A DNA stretch of 64,000 nt from NCBI RefSeq assembly GCF_963921235.1, contig NC_086098.1, positions 237,646,001 to 237,710,000 of the forward strand, given 5' to 3'. Source of the DNA: Mobula hypostoma. Taxonomy: Eukaryota. Of the stretch, positions 12,901 to 26,469 are shown one piece after another; position 1 is the first letter of the stretch; each line of letters starts with the position of its first letter. A program made the position numbers and the translations under genes. The notes beneath the pieces are model-generated. The model ran no database searches. It was not told where the DNA came from and saw nothing but the letters and a program-made list of their open reading frames with translations.

Positions 12901-13653
12901 AGAAATGCTTTCAAAAAATAGCTTAACTATTAACTTAGCTAAAAGTGAAGTTAGTCATTCCACTGTGACTTATCTTGGTTAAGTTGTGGGTCAAGGTCAG
13001 TTAGCTCCTGTTCAGGCAAAAGTTCGGGCAATTTTAGCGGTAACCACTCCAACCGGTAAAAAAAGACTCTCAGAGACTTCTGAGGAATGGTAGGATATTA
13101 CCGTAAATTTTGTAAGAATTTTGTTGACATTGCCCTTCCATTAACTAGTCTCTTGAAGAAAAGTGAAAAGTTTGTTTGGACAAAGTCTTGACAAGAGGCC
13201 TTTGATAAATTGAAAACTATGCTATGTCATCAACCTGTGCTCAGGTCACCTGACTTTTAAAAAAAACATTTTTATTATCTGTAGATGCTAGTGGTGAGGC
13301 TGCAGGAGCAGCGTTACTTCAAAGGGATGAGTGTGATGAGCTTGATCGTCCAATAGATTACTTTTCTAAAAAATGTAAATTGCATCAAATAAATTATTCA
13401 ACCGTAGAAAAGGAATAATTATCTCTTGTTTTGGTTTTACAACATTTTGATGTGTTTGTTGGTACAACTCAGAAGCCACTCATAGTTTACACCGATCGTA
13501 ATCCGTTTTTTTTTTGAGTTAGATGAAAAACAAAAATAGAAGATTATTGAATTGGAGTTTGATGTTACATGAGCATAATATTTTGATAACTCATATTAAA
13601 GGTAAAGATACTGTTATTGCTGAAAGTCTATCTAGATGTTGAATGTACAATGT

Positions 13654-13825
13654 AATTTTTTGATGGAGTTGTATTTTAACATTTGTAACACTCCTACGGT
13701 ATATTAGTTTGCAAAGTGCTCTATATAACACTGTATATAATTTTTTGATGGAGTTGTATTTTAACATTTGTAACACTCCTACTGTATATTAGCTTGCAAG
13801 GTGCTCTATGTAACACTCTATATAA
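13654..13825 (+). repeat. Tandem duplication (85-bp period) in the Gypsy 3' untranslated region
   Basis: gatggagttgtattttaacatttgtaacactcctac occurs at 13662 and 13747. Confidence 0.85.
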
Positions 13826-16800
13826 CACTGCAAATATTGTGTATGTTGTAGATCTTATGCATTTGTTTCTTTTTGTGAATAGTTATTGTTAAAAATTTGA
13901 TCATTAAAGAGCAAAATTTTCCCTTTTTGGAGGGAGGTGTCATATACCTCGTGAGTATCTTGTGACTGTCTTATCACCATGATGTAATTGAGTATCTTGT
14001 GAGTATGATGTAATGGTTTGTGATGATGGGATGATGTAATTTTCCCGCCAGAGTGATGTCACGTGATAACATGTTCTCAACAGGTATATAATGGGAAACG
14101 TCTGCAGTTACGCAATTTAATTCTTTGTTTATTCGTCATTTACTCCGTTATATTGTGTATTGCTCTTATGACGCAAGTTTCGTTTTAAAGTGGAGGTTTA
14201 CTTTCTATAGTAAGTCTAGTATTGCAGGGTGAAGACCTCACTAAAGTACGGGAACCTGAAGGATCGAGTAAAGTTGGTGACGTTTGGCGGTTTAATACAG
14301 GATCGACCTTATTGCATCTTCCTTCAGAAATAATGTCCTGCATCTGAGATAACCCCAGTAATTATCAGGAAGGTTTTTGCAGTGTTCATTCGCCAGAAAA
14401 AGTTCAGTTCCTTTAAGCGGTTTTATTTCTTTCGTCACGAATCGTTTAGACAGAATCAGCAGTCATGTCACGCCTTCGAAGAAATCCGTTTATAGAAAAG
14501 TCTCTCCTAACTGCGTAAATCATTGGACTTTCGAACTTACCATTTTAAGACTGTGTTTGAATTCACCACTTTAAGACTGTTTTCGAATTTACCACTTTAA
14601 GAATTGTTCCAGAGTTGCCGTTTAACAGTTAACTTCCTGTTAAGTTAGTCGTTTGAATATTTTTCGCTATTCTTGAGCAGAGTGTAATAGATGTTTATGT
14701 TTGTTTCTAAAACCTGCCTCAATTCGACATTCATTGTTGTTGGTCACGTGACAGCCCATTGAAGCTATGCGGCTTTACACAATTATTTATGTAATACCAG
14801 GGAAAACACACGTCAGTCCATATTGTCATTCCTGGATCTTTATGCCAAAGGATTAAATCTGGATAAACAGTGTAAACCATGAACTGGGAAAGCGCATTTA
14901 CAGGATATTATGTACCTGGAGATTGACACCTTTCTGCGTTCACAGGCAAACGCCTGCCAGCTTCCGCTCAGCTACTTGGATTCACCTGCCACTCCTTCCA
15001 GACTCCTCACCTGCAGCCTATTTAACCTCAGTTCTCATCCACAGTCCTTGTTCACTCATCAAAACATCGAACCAGTTGCTCCTAGCTTTTACTCTCCCTG
15101 GCTAATGTATACCTTGTTGCCAGTTTTGCTTTGTTTCCGTTCACTCTGGTGTAGCGGCTCCTCGTGGCTTGTTATTTTGTGATCTTTTATTAAGGTTATT
15201 TTTCACCGCTAAATCGACTCCGCAGCTCTGCTTTGGGTCAGGCCTCTTCTGCATTTCTTGACCGCAATGCATGGAATCGAAAATACACAGCGTTCTCCTT
15301 CTGCAATCTGTTTTAATGTACATTGTAACTGATGCTGTAACGGATTTCTTGGGCATGACTTCCGGAAGTCCTCAGAAGAGGGCTTATGACTGGAACTGTC
15401 ACTGACTGCCCTTCCCACTGCAGACCTGCTATATGTCATATCCCCATAGCAAAATCCTCTCTTCCGCCTGCTCTCTCGCTAAACAGCCCACTTTAAATGT
15501 CAACTAGCGGAGGTACGTACCGAGCGAAAACGGAGAGCAGCATAAGAATGTCACGGGAACAGCAGGTAACGGTTCGTTCCATCAAAATACTTCCACAGTA
15601 CTATTAAATTCTGTTTCTCTTTGGTGGTGAGAAGATTTCACAAGAGCTCCTCAGAATCGGGATTGGGGAGTGAAGTGAAGGAGTAAGGAGAATACCTAAA
15701 AATCATAAGACATAGGAGCAGAATTAGGCCATTCGGACCATCAGGTCCTCTCCGCCATTCCATCATGGTTAATTTATTATTCCTTTCAACCATATTCTCC
15801 CGTCTTCTCCCCGTAACCTTTGCCACCATTCCTAATCAAGAACCGATGAACCTCCACTCTCTGGCTAAAGAAATTCATCCTCTTCTCTGTTCCAAAAGAA
15901 CTGTTGTATTCACAGGGGATAATGGTCATGGTGCTTTAAAGAGAATTAAGTTGTGGATGTTGGGAAGTAGACACACTTTGGATATAATCCAAAATAATAA
16001 ACGTCACAAATATGGTGCCATGGCGACTAGTGTTGAAACATCAACTTGTTACAATTGATATACCGGACGTAAACAAATGCTTTATAATTTCCTCAGGACA
16101 TGTAAACATTCAGAAAACGAAGTTCTGAAAGGGCCATAAAGAGGCCAAGACTGTTAAAGGTAGTATAAACTAGTGGGTAAGTAACGAACAAATGCAGTGC
16201 AGCACGGGTAAATGCGAAATTGGCCATTCAGGCAGAACATGTAACAATGAAGAAAGTGAGGTACAAGATCAGACACGGAAGATCTCTGAGGCACACAGCG
16301 ATGTGGATCTCCCAGTATTTCAGCGCAAAATATTAGCATACAAATACTGCAAGTATAAAACTAAGGAAAGTAAAGTAATTGTAGACTGGTTTCGATTATT
16401 ATTGTATGAACTGTAGTGTAATGGAATTCATTGTTTTCATGAACCTCACGGAGCAAACAGTAGATATCATCATATTAAATACAGAAATAAATATAGGATG
16501 AGCGGAAAACAAAAATTATGTTGCCTTAGCCGACATTCATTTTCAATGACTCCCATTATCCGGAAAATGCATTGCATCTATTGCTAAAATCAGGTCGGTG
16601 GTACAGCAGCCGGAAAGACACACATTCAACATTTATGAACGGAAGATGAATCAACCCATGGACGCTACTTCAATATTTTTTGCTCTATTTTTGTACTGTT
16701 TATTCAATTTTATTTTTAAACTAATATTATTGTAATTCATAGTATTTTTAAGTATGACATTTTACTACTGCCGTAAAACAACTAATTTCAAGACATGCGC

Positions 16801-19514
16801 CTGCCTCGACATTAAACCTGATTCGGATGTACATTACTTAATTGAGCAATCCAAGCCGTGACAAAAGTGCTGACGTGGCAATAATGGAATATCGGAGTAA
16901 GTGGCAGCACCATTACGTCAGTCGAAGCCCTGATCTAATGTTACTCTGCATTACTATTGCCAAAGCTCCACCGACTGCATATTTTTATATGCACTGAAAA
17001 CTCTTCAATTAAATTGATCCTTAAGTTCTCTGCAAATAAATTCAACAATTGTATTCCTCATTTAATTCGTGAGAAATCATTCAGTGATTATTACCTGGTA
17101 GGTTGATCTCGAAGGTGAAATCGTGAAGGGTCCAGAATGACATGGCCAACTGGATTGGAAATTGGCTTCCTAGAAGGAGCTAGAAGGGCTGTTACTGAGA
17201 CTGAAGACCTATGGCCAGTGGTGTGCTGCTGTTTCTCATAAAAAATGATTTGGATAATCAGGTAGGTGGCATGATTAGTAAATGCAAGAATGACGCTAAA
17301 GTTGGTAGTTTAACAGAGAGTGAAGAGGGCTGTCTTGGGCTGCCATAGGATCCAGATCAGTTCGGAAAGCGGGAAAAGGAATGGAAGATTAAACTTTACT
17401 GTGAAACACGGGAGTTTTGAAAAAGATCATGCTTCGATGTCATTCGCCATCTACATTGACATGTGTTCGGAATTTGCAGTGGTTTGTTGGCGCGACATTC
17501 AACAAAAGACGACAACATTCAACAATTATACAGAAATAAAAGGATTGCATGAAAATAAAATTAGAGGAAAGACATTGAATAAAAGGTGCATTAATACATA
17601 AATACTGGCATGCGTTTACGATATAAACAGCAATATAAATATTTGTTTAAAGGGCTGCCGAAAGGCTGCAGTGCTTGATGGCAGTAATACATAGAGGGGG
17701 CGGGGCTAAGTAGAATGGTTGATTGGATGAAATGCCTGGAGTGCAGGGACTTCTAAGGTGTTGTGAGGTTTTAGTTTTAATAGCCATATAGCCCTTTCCA
17801 GTGGGAGCTTTTTGAAAAGGCAGTTCTCTGGGTTAGTTGTGCTCACAATGATTTGTCGTACCCGCTTCTTGGTTCGGAAAAAAAGTTAGCTGGACCTAGG
17901 TTGTGTTGGTGGTGGTTGTGGTAAAATAGACATGGGGGCACAAGCCATAATTCTATATATGTGTCAACACAGTTTTAAATGCAAAGTTCAAAGTAAGTTA
18001 ATTAACAAAGCACAGACATGTTACTATGACCTGCCCTGAGGATCATTTTCATCCAGGTATTCACGGTACGTAATAGAAACACAGCAGAATTAATCTAAAA
18101 CTGCACACAAACAAATACGGACAAACAACCAATGTGCAAAAGAAAACCAACTGTGCCATAGAAAAACAACAGTACATAAGTATGTAAATAATATTGAAAT
18201 TTTGAGTTGTAGTGTCCCTGAACGTGCGACCATAGCTGGGGGAAGCATTTTAATCTATGGATTCAGGAGACTAATGGTTGAGCGGTAGGAGTTGGTCATG
18301 AACCTGAAGGCGTGGGACCCGAGATTTCAATACCTCATTCAAAAGCCAGAAGAAAGCATGGCGTGGATAATAGGGTTATTAATCATGATGGACGGTGTTT
18401 TCCTTCGACCGTCCTCCCGTGTTTAGTGGTGGGTTCAGTATCGTCCAGCTTGAATCTATAGAAGTTATCAAACTTTGACAACCCGAATCAGAGAGAGATC
18501 TGCAGATGGTGAAAAAGGACATGCTTGTCTCTCTCAGACGGGCCAAGCAGAAAATTGTGGTGAGTGGACGCATCTGGAATATTGGTTCATTTCTGATTGC
18601 CATACCATAGAAATAACCTGCTTCTTCAGTGGAGGGAGTGAATAAGAGATTCATCAGAATATAATTGAGGACTGGCGGGTTGAAGTTAAAAGAAGACACC
18701 GAAAATACTGGAAATGCTTTACCTAAAGCGATGGAGGTTCGGGGGCCACTCTGCGGGTGTTTATAAAATCTTGACTGACAAATTGGACTGGCATGTCATT
18801 TCCCAAGGTAAGGGAAGTAAAGCGAGACCACTAGGTCAAAGTGAAATAGGAAAGAGTTGAGGATGAATTGACGGTCATTTATTTAATACAGGACGGTCAG
18901 TACTCTATAGAGAACGACTTACCAGAAGATGAGGAAGAGGCGGGTACAGTTACAACATTCAGAAAACATTTGGATAGGTACATGGATAAGAAAGGTTTAG
19001 AATGAAATTAGGAAAGAGTAGGGAAAGGAGACTAGCCCAATAATGCATCAGAGTCAGCATGTACGAGCTGGGCCGAAAAGCCTTTTGCCGTGCTCCGTTA
19101 CTTTTATTAGTAGCTATCGCAGAATGTGGAGGTGCAAACGAAAGATTTGCGCCGTCTCATTCGGAATGTTTTAAAGCTTCTTAAGATAAACTTAGACAGT
19201 GACACGGATGAGGAATGTACACTTGTACAGGCCGAATGAATTACTTTCGTAGATTTATCAGCGTTCATTCCATTAGCTCAGCAGAACATTATGGTGGGGA
19301 GTGTCTGTTTCTGTACTGTACTGTGCTGTTCTTTATTTTCGAAATAAATCAAACCAAAAATAATTTATTCCTACTTCATTTCCTGCCGCGCGTGGTCTCA
19401 CTTCTGTAAAGTTCATCCGGCCGCTGTGTTGACTGAGATGGAAAGAGATTTAAGTGAACGACAGTGTTAAACCCAGAACCAGACAACAACGACAATAAAA
19501 ACAATCATAAGCAG

Positions 19515-19636
19515 TTAGAACGAATTTGGAATCTGACTGCGGGTTCCCACAGCGAATATATCCGTGAGGAGAAAGATAATCGCCACAAGAAAGCCGGCAT
19601 GATACAGTGAAAGGTAAACGTGCGTGGATGGGGCAT
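19515..19636 (-). CDS. Candidate orphan terminal TM exon with intramembrane Asp
   Basis: Strong acceptor cttcttttctcttgcag|. Phase-1 reading (D)APSTHVYLSLYHAGFLVAIIFLLTDIFAVGTRSQIPNSF*. Minus-strand AATAAA at 19364-19369 and 19332-19337. The other two frames are also open, so the coding call is uncertain. Confidence 0.4.
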
Positions 19637-20841
19637 CTGCAAGAGAAAAGAAGCGTTCGTATTTATATTCTCGAACATTTCTACCTCAGCATTTCCGACT
19701 CTAACGGTATACTTACAAAACGGGTACGCACGGTAGGAGGTTCGTAGCAGATCATAGTGTCACTAGATCCAGAAATAGATTTTAAAATATTTATGAAACA
19801 GTTAAAGATCGTCTACGTATCAAAAGAGAGAGGGAGGGGGAGGAAAGGAAGAGTGGGCGGATAATTAGATCAGGATCAGTCTTAATATCACTAATTCGTG
19901 TCGTGCAACAGTAAAGTCTATAAATCACGATAATAAACATATTTAAAAATAGATTTATTTTATAGATTAACAGTTTCTGGTGCAGAAAGAGGGCAAACCG
20001 TGAGGTAGTGTCAGGCAGTGATAACTAGATGAATACTATATACAGGCAGATTAATGTTCTGGAAGACAAAAGACCACCGCACTGAAAAATACAATGAAAC
20101 CATCCCAGTGTCAGGCACGGGGAAGTTTATGGTGCCCTTCTTCACCCACCGCGCTCTCCACAGTCAGATACCAAACACAGATCAATTCGAAAGACTCCAA
20201 CATGCACTGGAATGAAACGGTTGCAACCTATCTAGGGGTCATTGAAGGTCATTGCGAAAAACTTCAAAGAGATGTCAGAGGTAGGTATTTTTACACAGAG
20301 TGACGGCTGCGTAGAAGGCGCTGCCAGAGTTGGTGGCAAAGGCAGATACATTAGGGACCGTAAAGACGCTGTTAAATAGGCTCATGGATGATTGACAAAT
20401 GGAAGGCTCTATAAGCGGGAGGGTTAGAATAGGTTAAATCGTCAGCGCAACATCGTGAGTCGAGGGATCTGTACTGTGCTCTAGTGTCATACGTTCTGTC
20501 GCTAATCAGAGGAATACCCGACCAGCAACATTTTTTTTCCTTGAGTACTATTCAACGTTTCGTCTGCCTTGTCAGCGCCTATCAGCCCATCGGCTTATCA
20601 TTTTCCTTCCTCCTTTTCTGGCGAAACATGAGGTACCATTGTGTTCTGATGCCGTGGATAAAGAAGCCTCGTACACTTTGTGAAGTAGGTCTCCATCAAA
20701 AGTACGGTGAAAAGAAACGCAAGGGAAGAGAATGCCTGCGGAGTAAGGAAATATCCAGGAAACAGAAGAAAATGGTTTATTTCGGAGCTCTTAAGGGGTG
20801 ACAACTAGGAAAGGAAGAAATTCATCAGGATGCCATCTGAA

Positions 20842-21025
20842 NNNNNNNNNNNNNNNNNNNNNNNNNNNNNNNNNNNNNNNNNNNNNNNNNNNNNNNNNNN
20901 NNNNNNNNNNNNNNNNNNNNNNNNNNNNNNNNNNNNNNNNNNNNNNNNNNNNNNNNNNNNNNNNNNNNNNNNNNNNNNNNNNNNNNNNNNNNNNNNNNNN
21001 NNNNNNNNNNNNNNNNNNNNNNNNN
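20842..21025. other. Assembly gap (184 N)
   Basis: Run of N. Confidence 1.
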
Positions 21026-23844
21026 ATGCCTTGTCCGTTCACCAAATTATTAGGATTCCTAATTTCCATTGGGACCTGCGTCCTAAGGATTAAAATCGAA
21101 CATGGAGGATAGAGAGAAAAATAACGAGACAGAATAAAAAAGAAATGGAATTAGACATTGGACAGATAAAGTGTTTGGATGGGGGCGGAAATGTAATCAT
21201 CTCCAATAATATTTCAGTGATCCTCATTGATGGATTTCTCTGAGCTACGGAGGATGAGTAAATCCTCTGTCTTTGTTCCATAAGTCAATATAGGATACTT
21301 TATATGCATCAGGAGAGTCAGTTTGAGATCTGACGCGAAGCTATGATAATAATGTAACAAGCTGCACTTTGCTTACCCCGGAACAATTCCACATGAACAA
21401 ATCTGCTCCTAAGGCAGAGGGTTTCCAACATGGGGTCTACGGACCCGTTGGCTAATGGTAGGGGTCCATTGCATAATAAAAGCTTGGGAACCCCTGTCCT
21501 AAAGCAATCACTTCAATGATCTGGCGCAAGAATCGCTTCCCAACCAAATTCGATGCAGTGAAGACTAACCAGGAAGGAGATAGATCAGGACGCAGACCGT
21601 TGAAAAGCTCAATGTCGCAGTCACTACTAAATGTTTATCCAGTGATTGCGCAGATATCGGAGAGCATGGAAGGGAAGCGAAATGCAGGTCGGATACCATC
21701 ATTCTGTCTAGCATTTAAAGATACATCTGTGGAAAGTACCGCGCCGTGCCCATTCACGCTACAGGTTTCCTGTTTACGCTTTCAAGGTCAATGATTGCGT
21801 CAAGCTGCAAAGGGCGCAATGTGATAGATGAGCACGCGTGGAAAGTGTTGTGAGGACCAGGCTGCTTAAACCGAAGGCTAGAAACAGGTGGTGTCAGGTG
21901 ACATTCATTTGTTTCTCTCAACCTTGTGGCCCCTGTACTTTTTCTTTGTCACCCTTCAGTGAACTTCCGTTCTAACAGCAGCACTATGTTCTACATCCTT
22001 ATTCCCATTAAATACGGACCTGGTTGGCTTGGTACCTTGGAGCAATTTTCCGACACTAATCCAAGACATAGCTTTCAATTTATTATCTAAAAATCGATCC
22101 AGCTCGGTTTACATTTGAGCAGATACAAAGATCTGAATGCCATCCACGTAGAACATTCTGGAGATTTATTAACATTCTGGTTGAAGAAAATACCTCTCAT
22201 CTCATATCTGAAAGGGTAACCCTATTTTGAAAGTGTCGCCGTCATCCTAGGTACCTTCATCCAAGAGAATCAATAACCCTGCATCAACCCCGTCAGCCCA
22301 GAATGCAATTTGCAGGTCATGTGAGTTTACAACCAATTCTTCTAAGGACCGCAGACATTGACTTCTTCCTAATTTTAGCCTTGTAATCTATTCCTGATAC
22401 TAAAAGCCGGCAGGTTGTTTGTCGCCTAATTGTTCCTTGTACCTGTACATTAACTTTCAGTGATTTGTGTACAATTAACTCATTGTCCCCCTTGAAACCA
22501 ATATATTTCAGTCCTTGTTCATTTAAAATTCCTTTACTGCTCGTTGACTTACGTGCATGTTCTTGAACTTTTCCGCGCTACATTTCCTTTTCTTTGTTAC
22601 TTGGAAATTCGCTTATGGCATTGTTAAAATGATCTATTTCCGCTAATCAACCTTCTATTAATGCCAGATATATCATATAAACTTTAATAATTCTGTGTGA
22701 CATCTTATCAACTGTTTTCATAAAGTAAATACGTTAACTGTTTCGCCATTACCTCTTCTGTGAATTACAAAATCAAAATGTAGATTTGCCAAATATATTT
22801 CACTCTGCCAAATCCATAACTCTATCAAATCTAGTCATTATTTTTTTCCTGTTTCGACGTCTTTGCCATAATGTTCTGCTAACTATACATTGTATGTTAA
22901 TTCCTTTTGCTCCCCTTCTTTCAATGATGGAAATACATTTATAGTCGATGAATCTAAGGGATTGTCTAGGATGATGAAGATGATGACAACATCAGTACGT
23001 CTACGACATCCATAACTACCCTAGAAGAAAAAAAAATTCAGGATCTATATTGTATACATTTCTCTGACATTAAATGTATATCTGAATCCTTTGAAACCTT
23101 TAATTACGTAGTCTTAGGAATTTAACACTTCCTCTCTTGTCAATTTCACCAATAGTATATCGTTGCGGCAATCTCACTCGCTGATAGTTCTTCATCACAA
23201 TCTTGTACATCTCTGTGGCTTCCAAGAGAAATGGTTTCTTTTGCCTCTTGATGACAAACAAAATTGCATCGTTTAAATTGACAGTTTATAAATCAATTTA
23301 AATTGTCCTTTTTTTTGTTCTGTCTGAAATAATGCCAATGGAGTCTATAGAGACGAGATTCAAAATGGAGGTCTAATATTATCCACAACCAAGGCGTCAA
23401 CTAGTTCTCCGATAATCCAGTTATGCTGTTGTGTGGTGTGACAAGATATAAAATCAAACGGTCATTAGAAGATCAAATGTCGTAACATGGTCAAACGCTG
23501 AAACGCATGGTCAAACCCAATATGTTTTCTTAACAACCTTTCATCATTAGAAAGCATTTCTGACGTGTCTGTAGCGTCTCTGCAACGCTTTAGCTTTTAA
23601 CTGTAGTTAAAGTGAAGAATCTTTCGATTAAGTTCCAAACTAGCATACTGGGGCCATGCATTGAACGATACCTATTCACTAATTCCTCCACACCATCCCA
23701 GAGATACATGCGATTAAGAAACAGGTTTCTTATTACTTTTTTACTGTCGAATCTCTCAATTATTCTTCCTCAGAAAAGTACTTTAGATCAGAGGTGTGAC
23801 GGCAGATTGAGGACAACGCCTGTTTCGTAATATGCAAAATCGTC

Positions 23845-24720
23845 GACGTCGTGGCTATCCCTGAAGGTCCAGGATGATGGTCTTCGGTCTGTTGATCGAC
23901 TTATGGGCTCTCAAGTCGCTTATGAGTCCAATCTTGTATTTGAAAGTTTTTGGGCATTCCGGACAGGTAGTTCCAGATGGCAGATCGGGCTTTGGTTGTT
24001 GCTGCCTCTCTTTCCATTTTCTTCTCTTTTCTTCTAATTCTGAACATCTGTTGGCTTCGAAAGTTGCTATTCTCTAATGATGGCTTGCCAAAGTTTTTTG
24101 TCCTTGGCATTGGTTTCCTAATTGTTGATGTCGATGTTACATTTCTTCATGTTGGCTTTTAAGACGTCTTTGAATCTCTTCTGTTGTCCGTCGCTTTTAC
24201 GTTTGCCTTCTTTAAGCTGGGAGTAGAAGATTTGTTTCGGCGGTTTTTCGTCTTTCTTCCGAACAACATGACTACTGCATATTAGTTTCTTCTTGATGAC
24301 GTAGGGTTCAATGCATGTTGTTTTTGCTTCATTTAGCACACTGACGTTCGTTCTTCAATCTTCCCAGCTGATATTTAAGATGTTTCTTTAACAGCGTTGA
24401 TGGAACTTTCCAAATGCCTTCAGATGTCGTTGGTATGTTATCCAAGTTTCTGATACATACAGGAGCGTTGGGATTACCATTGCTTTGTACACTAACATTA
24501 TGGTGTCAGTTTGGATGTCACGATCATGAAAGAGTCTTGTTCAGAGACGTCGAAAAGCTGTTCCAGCGCAGTTAATACGATGTTGGATCTCGTCATGAAG
24601 GTCGACATTGGAGGAGAGGTGACTTCCAACATACGGAAAGTGGTCCACGTTTTCTAGGGTTGGTTCGCCAAGTTGAATTGATGGTTCTACCCGGTTTGTC
24701 TCAATTGGTCTCAATTGCGA
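23845..24720 (-). mobile_element. 5'-truncated RTE-clade LINE
   Basis: Minus-strand translation gives FPYVGSHLSSNVDLHDEIQHRINCAGTAFRRL and HVVR...PKQIFYSQLKEGKR...QQKRFKDVLKANMKKCNID, typical of the RTE ORF C-terminus. Confidence 0.8.
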
Positions 24721-26469
24721 AATAATCCCTGCATCGCATACTCAGTCGGTAACTTCAATGCAACAATGGAACTATAGATAAAAAATATTTAAAATGCAAC
24801 TTTTGGAAAATCAAAAATAAAACAGAAATGTTGGAAGCATCGGCAGATCAACCGCCGTCTGAGTAAAGTTATGGTTTCAGATAGATGAGTCTACTTCTAC
24901 TAATAATATCATGAAGTCTACGCCACCGAATGAAGACTTCCATTCGCCCTCTCTGCCGGAAGAATGCTGGCTTATCCCACCTATTGTCTTCTTAATACTA
25001 TCAGCAAGGAGAAAGAAGTAATGCAAACACTGAAGCCAGCGCTGTTATTCAAAATTTGTTCGCCTTTCTCCGGTTCTCTTTCCTGTCCGACAGTAGAACC
25101 TCTCACTTTAATATTTCAGCATTGCTCTGAAATTTCCGCTTGAATTACTTGTTGCAAAATCGTTCAGTTTCAATATGGTCCCTCCCTGAAATCTGACCAG
25201 GCTCGCTCCTGAAACCGTTTCTGGAGACTCCTATCACGTAAATCGTCCCCATCTCGGCCCTCCCTTTATCTGTAATTTCTTTCAGCCCTACGTGTCTTCC
25301 CATATCCTGTCCGTCTCGAAAATCAGCCGCGACCTAAATGATTATTGCAGGAGGCTCAATGCAAAGTCCTCGCTATGTTCCAAGTTCCTACACAGCATGA
25401 AAAAGTTTCTGGTCCAATTGTCCTGCAGGGAAAAAGCAAGCCGAGTTAGTTCTGGAAGAATTTTGTTGTATTCTATTTTCAGACTCCATAATCTGTATTC
25501 AGTACACTCCGTTAACTGCCTCCTCACATTTATAATTGGAAAGTTCTTTGTTTGCTGCTAACATCCGGTACCTCTGGCTCCCAATATCGCAACCGGAAAT
25601 CGCATCTAGCTCTTCGCCTCCCTCTTGTGACAGACATGGACCAGTACAACTACAGAGCACTTGTCAAAGCCACCTTCTGCCTTCCCCACTGAACGCGCAG
25701 AATAAAAGCATTTTGTGCGAAAGTGGGAGGTAACTCACTCACTTCTGCCGAAAGGCTCTTAGCTTGAATCGTGTGCGACGCCTATTTATTATCTTTGGCT
25801 CAATGATCGTCAATCTGGAATATTAAGGATATGAGGTTAGCTAGCCAATAATGTAAATGAGGGCACCAAAACTTTTATATCTATAAGTGCAAACGAGAGG
25901 CTAGTGTGGATGCCGGATGGTATGTTGCCTCCGACTGCTAGGGTCCGAGATATCCCGGATCGAGATCTGGGTGTTCCTGAGTTGGGTGGTGAACAGCCAG
26001 GGGTCGTGGTCTATATAGGTATCAATGACATGGGTAGGACGTGTGACGATCTTCAGCATGGAGAGTTCAGGAATTTAGGTGTCATGTTAAAGAACATTAA
26101 AAAAAAAGAAATAGGAGGAGGAGTAGACCATCTGGCCTGTCGAGCTTGCTCCGCCATTCAATACGATCATGATAGATCTGACCATGGACTCATCTTCACC
26201 GACCTGCCCTTTTCACTGTAACCCTTAATTCCCCTCCTATGCAAAAATCTATCCAACCTTGTCTTAAATATATTTACTGAGGTAGCCTCCACTGCTTCGT
26301 TAGACAGTGAACTCCACAGATTCACTACTCTGGGAAAAGCATTTTCTCTTCATATCTGTCCTGGATTTCCTCCCCCGAATCTTCAGGCAATTTCCTCTGG
26401 TTCTAGTCCCACTTAATACTGTAAACGATTTTCCTGCCTCTACCTTATCTATCCTATTCATAATTTTAT

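Larger units (their letters stand above)
7197..14753 (+). mobile_element. Full-length degenerate Gmr1-like Ty3/Gypsy LTR retrotransposon (gag-PR-IN-RT-RH order)
   Basis: LTRs at 7197-8014 and 13938-14753 (TG...CA), TSD GCCC, PBS tgggggctggtccaggat at 8019-8036 (tRNA-Pro-like), PPT just before 13938. CCHC knuckle CNYCKKPGHLIAYC near 10135, protease RDTGASQS near 10380, integrase ~10900-12105 (IIDCVGPLPK), RT YIDD at 12843-12854, RNase H ~13260-13640. Confidence 0.92.

Noticed and set aside
22553-22599. Basic exon-like segment (VTKKRKCSAEKFKNMH|GTAAGT) resembling a cytoplasmic exon
   Set aside because: Weak acceptor, and no TM or Ig exon was found upstream of it.
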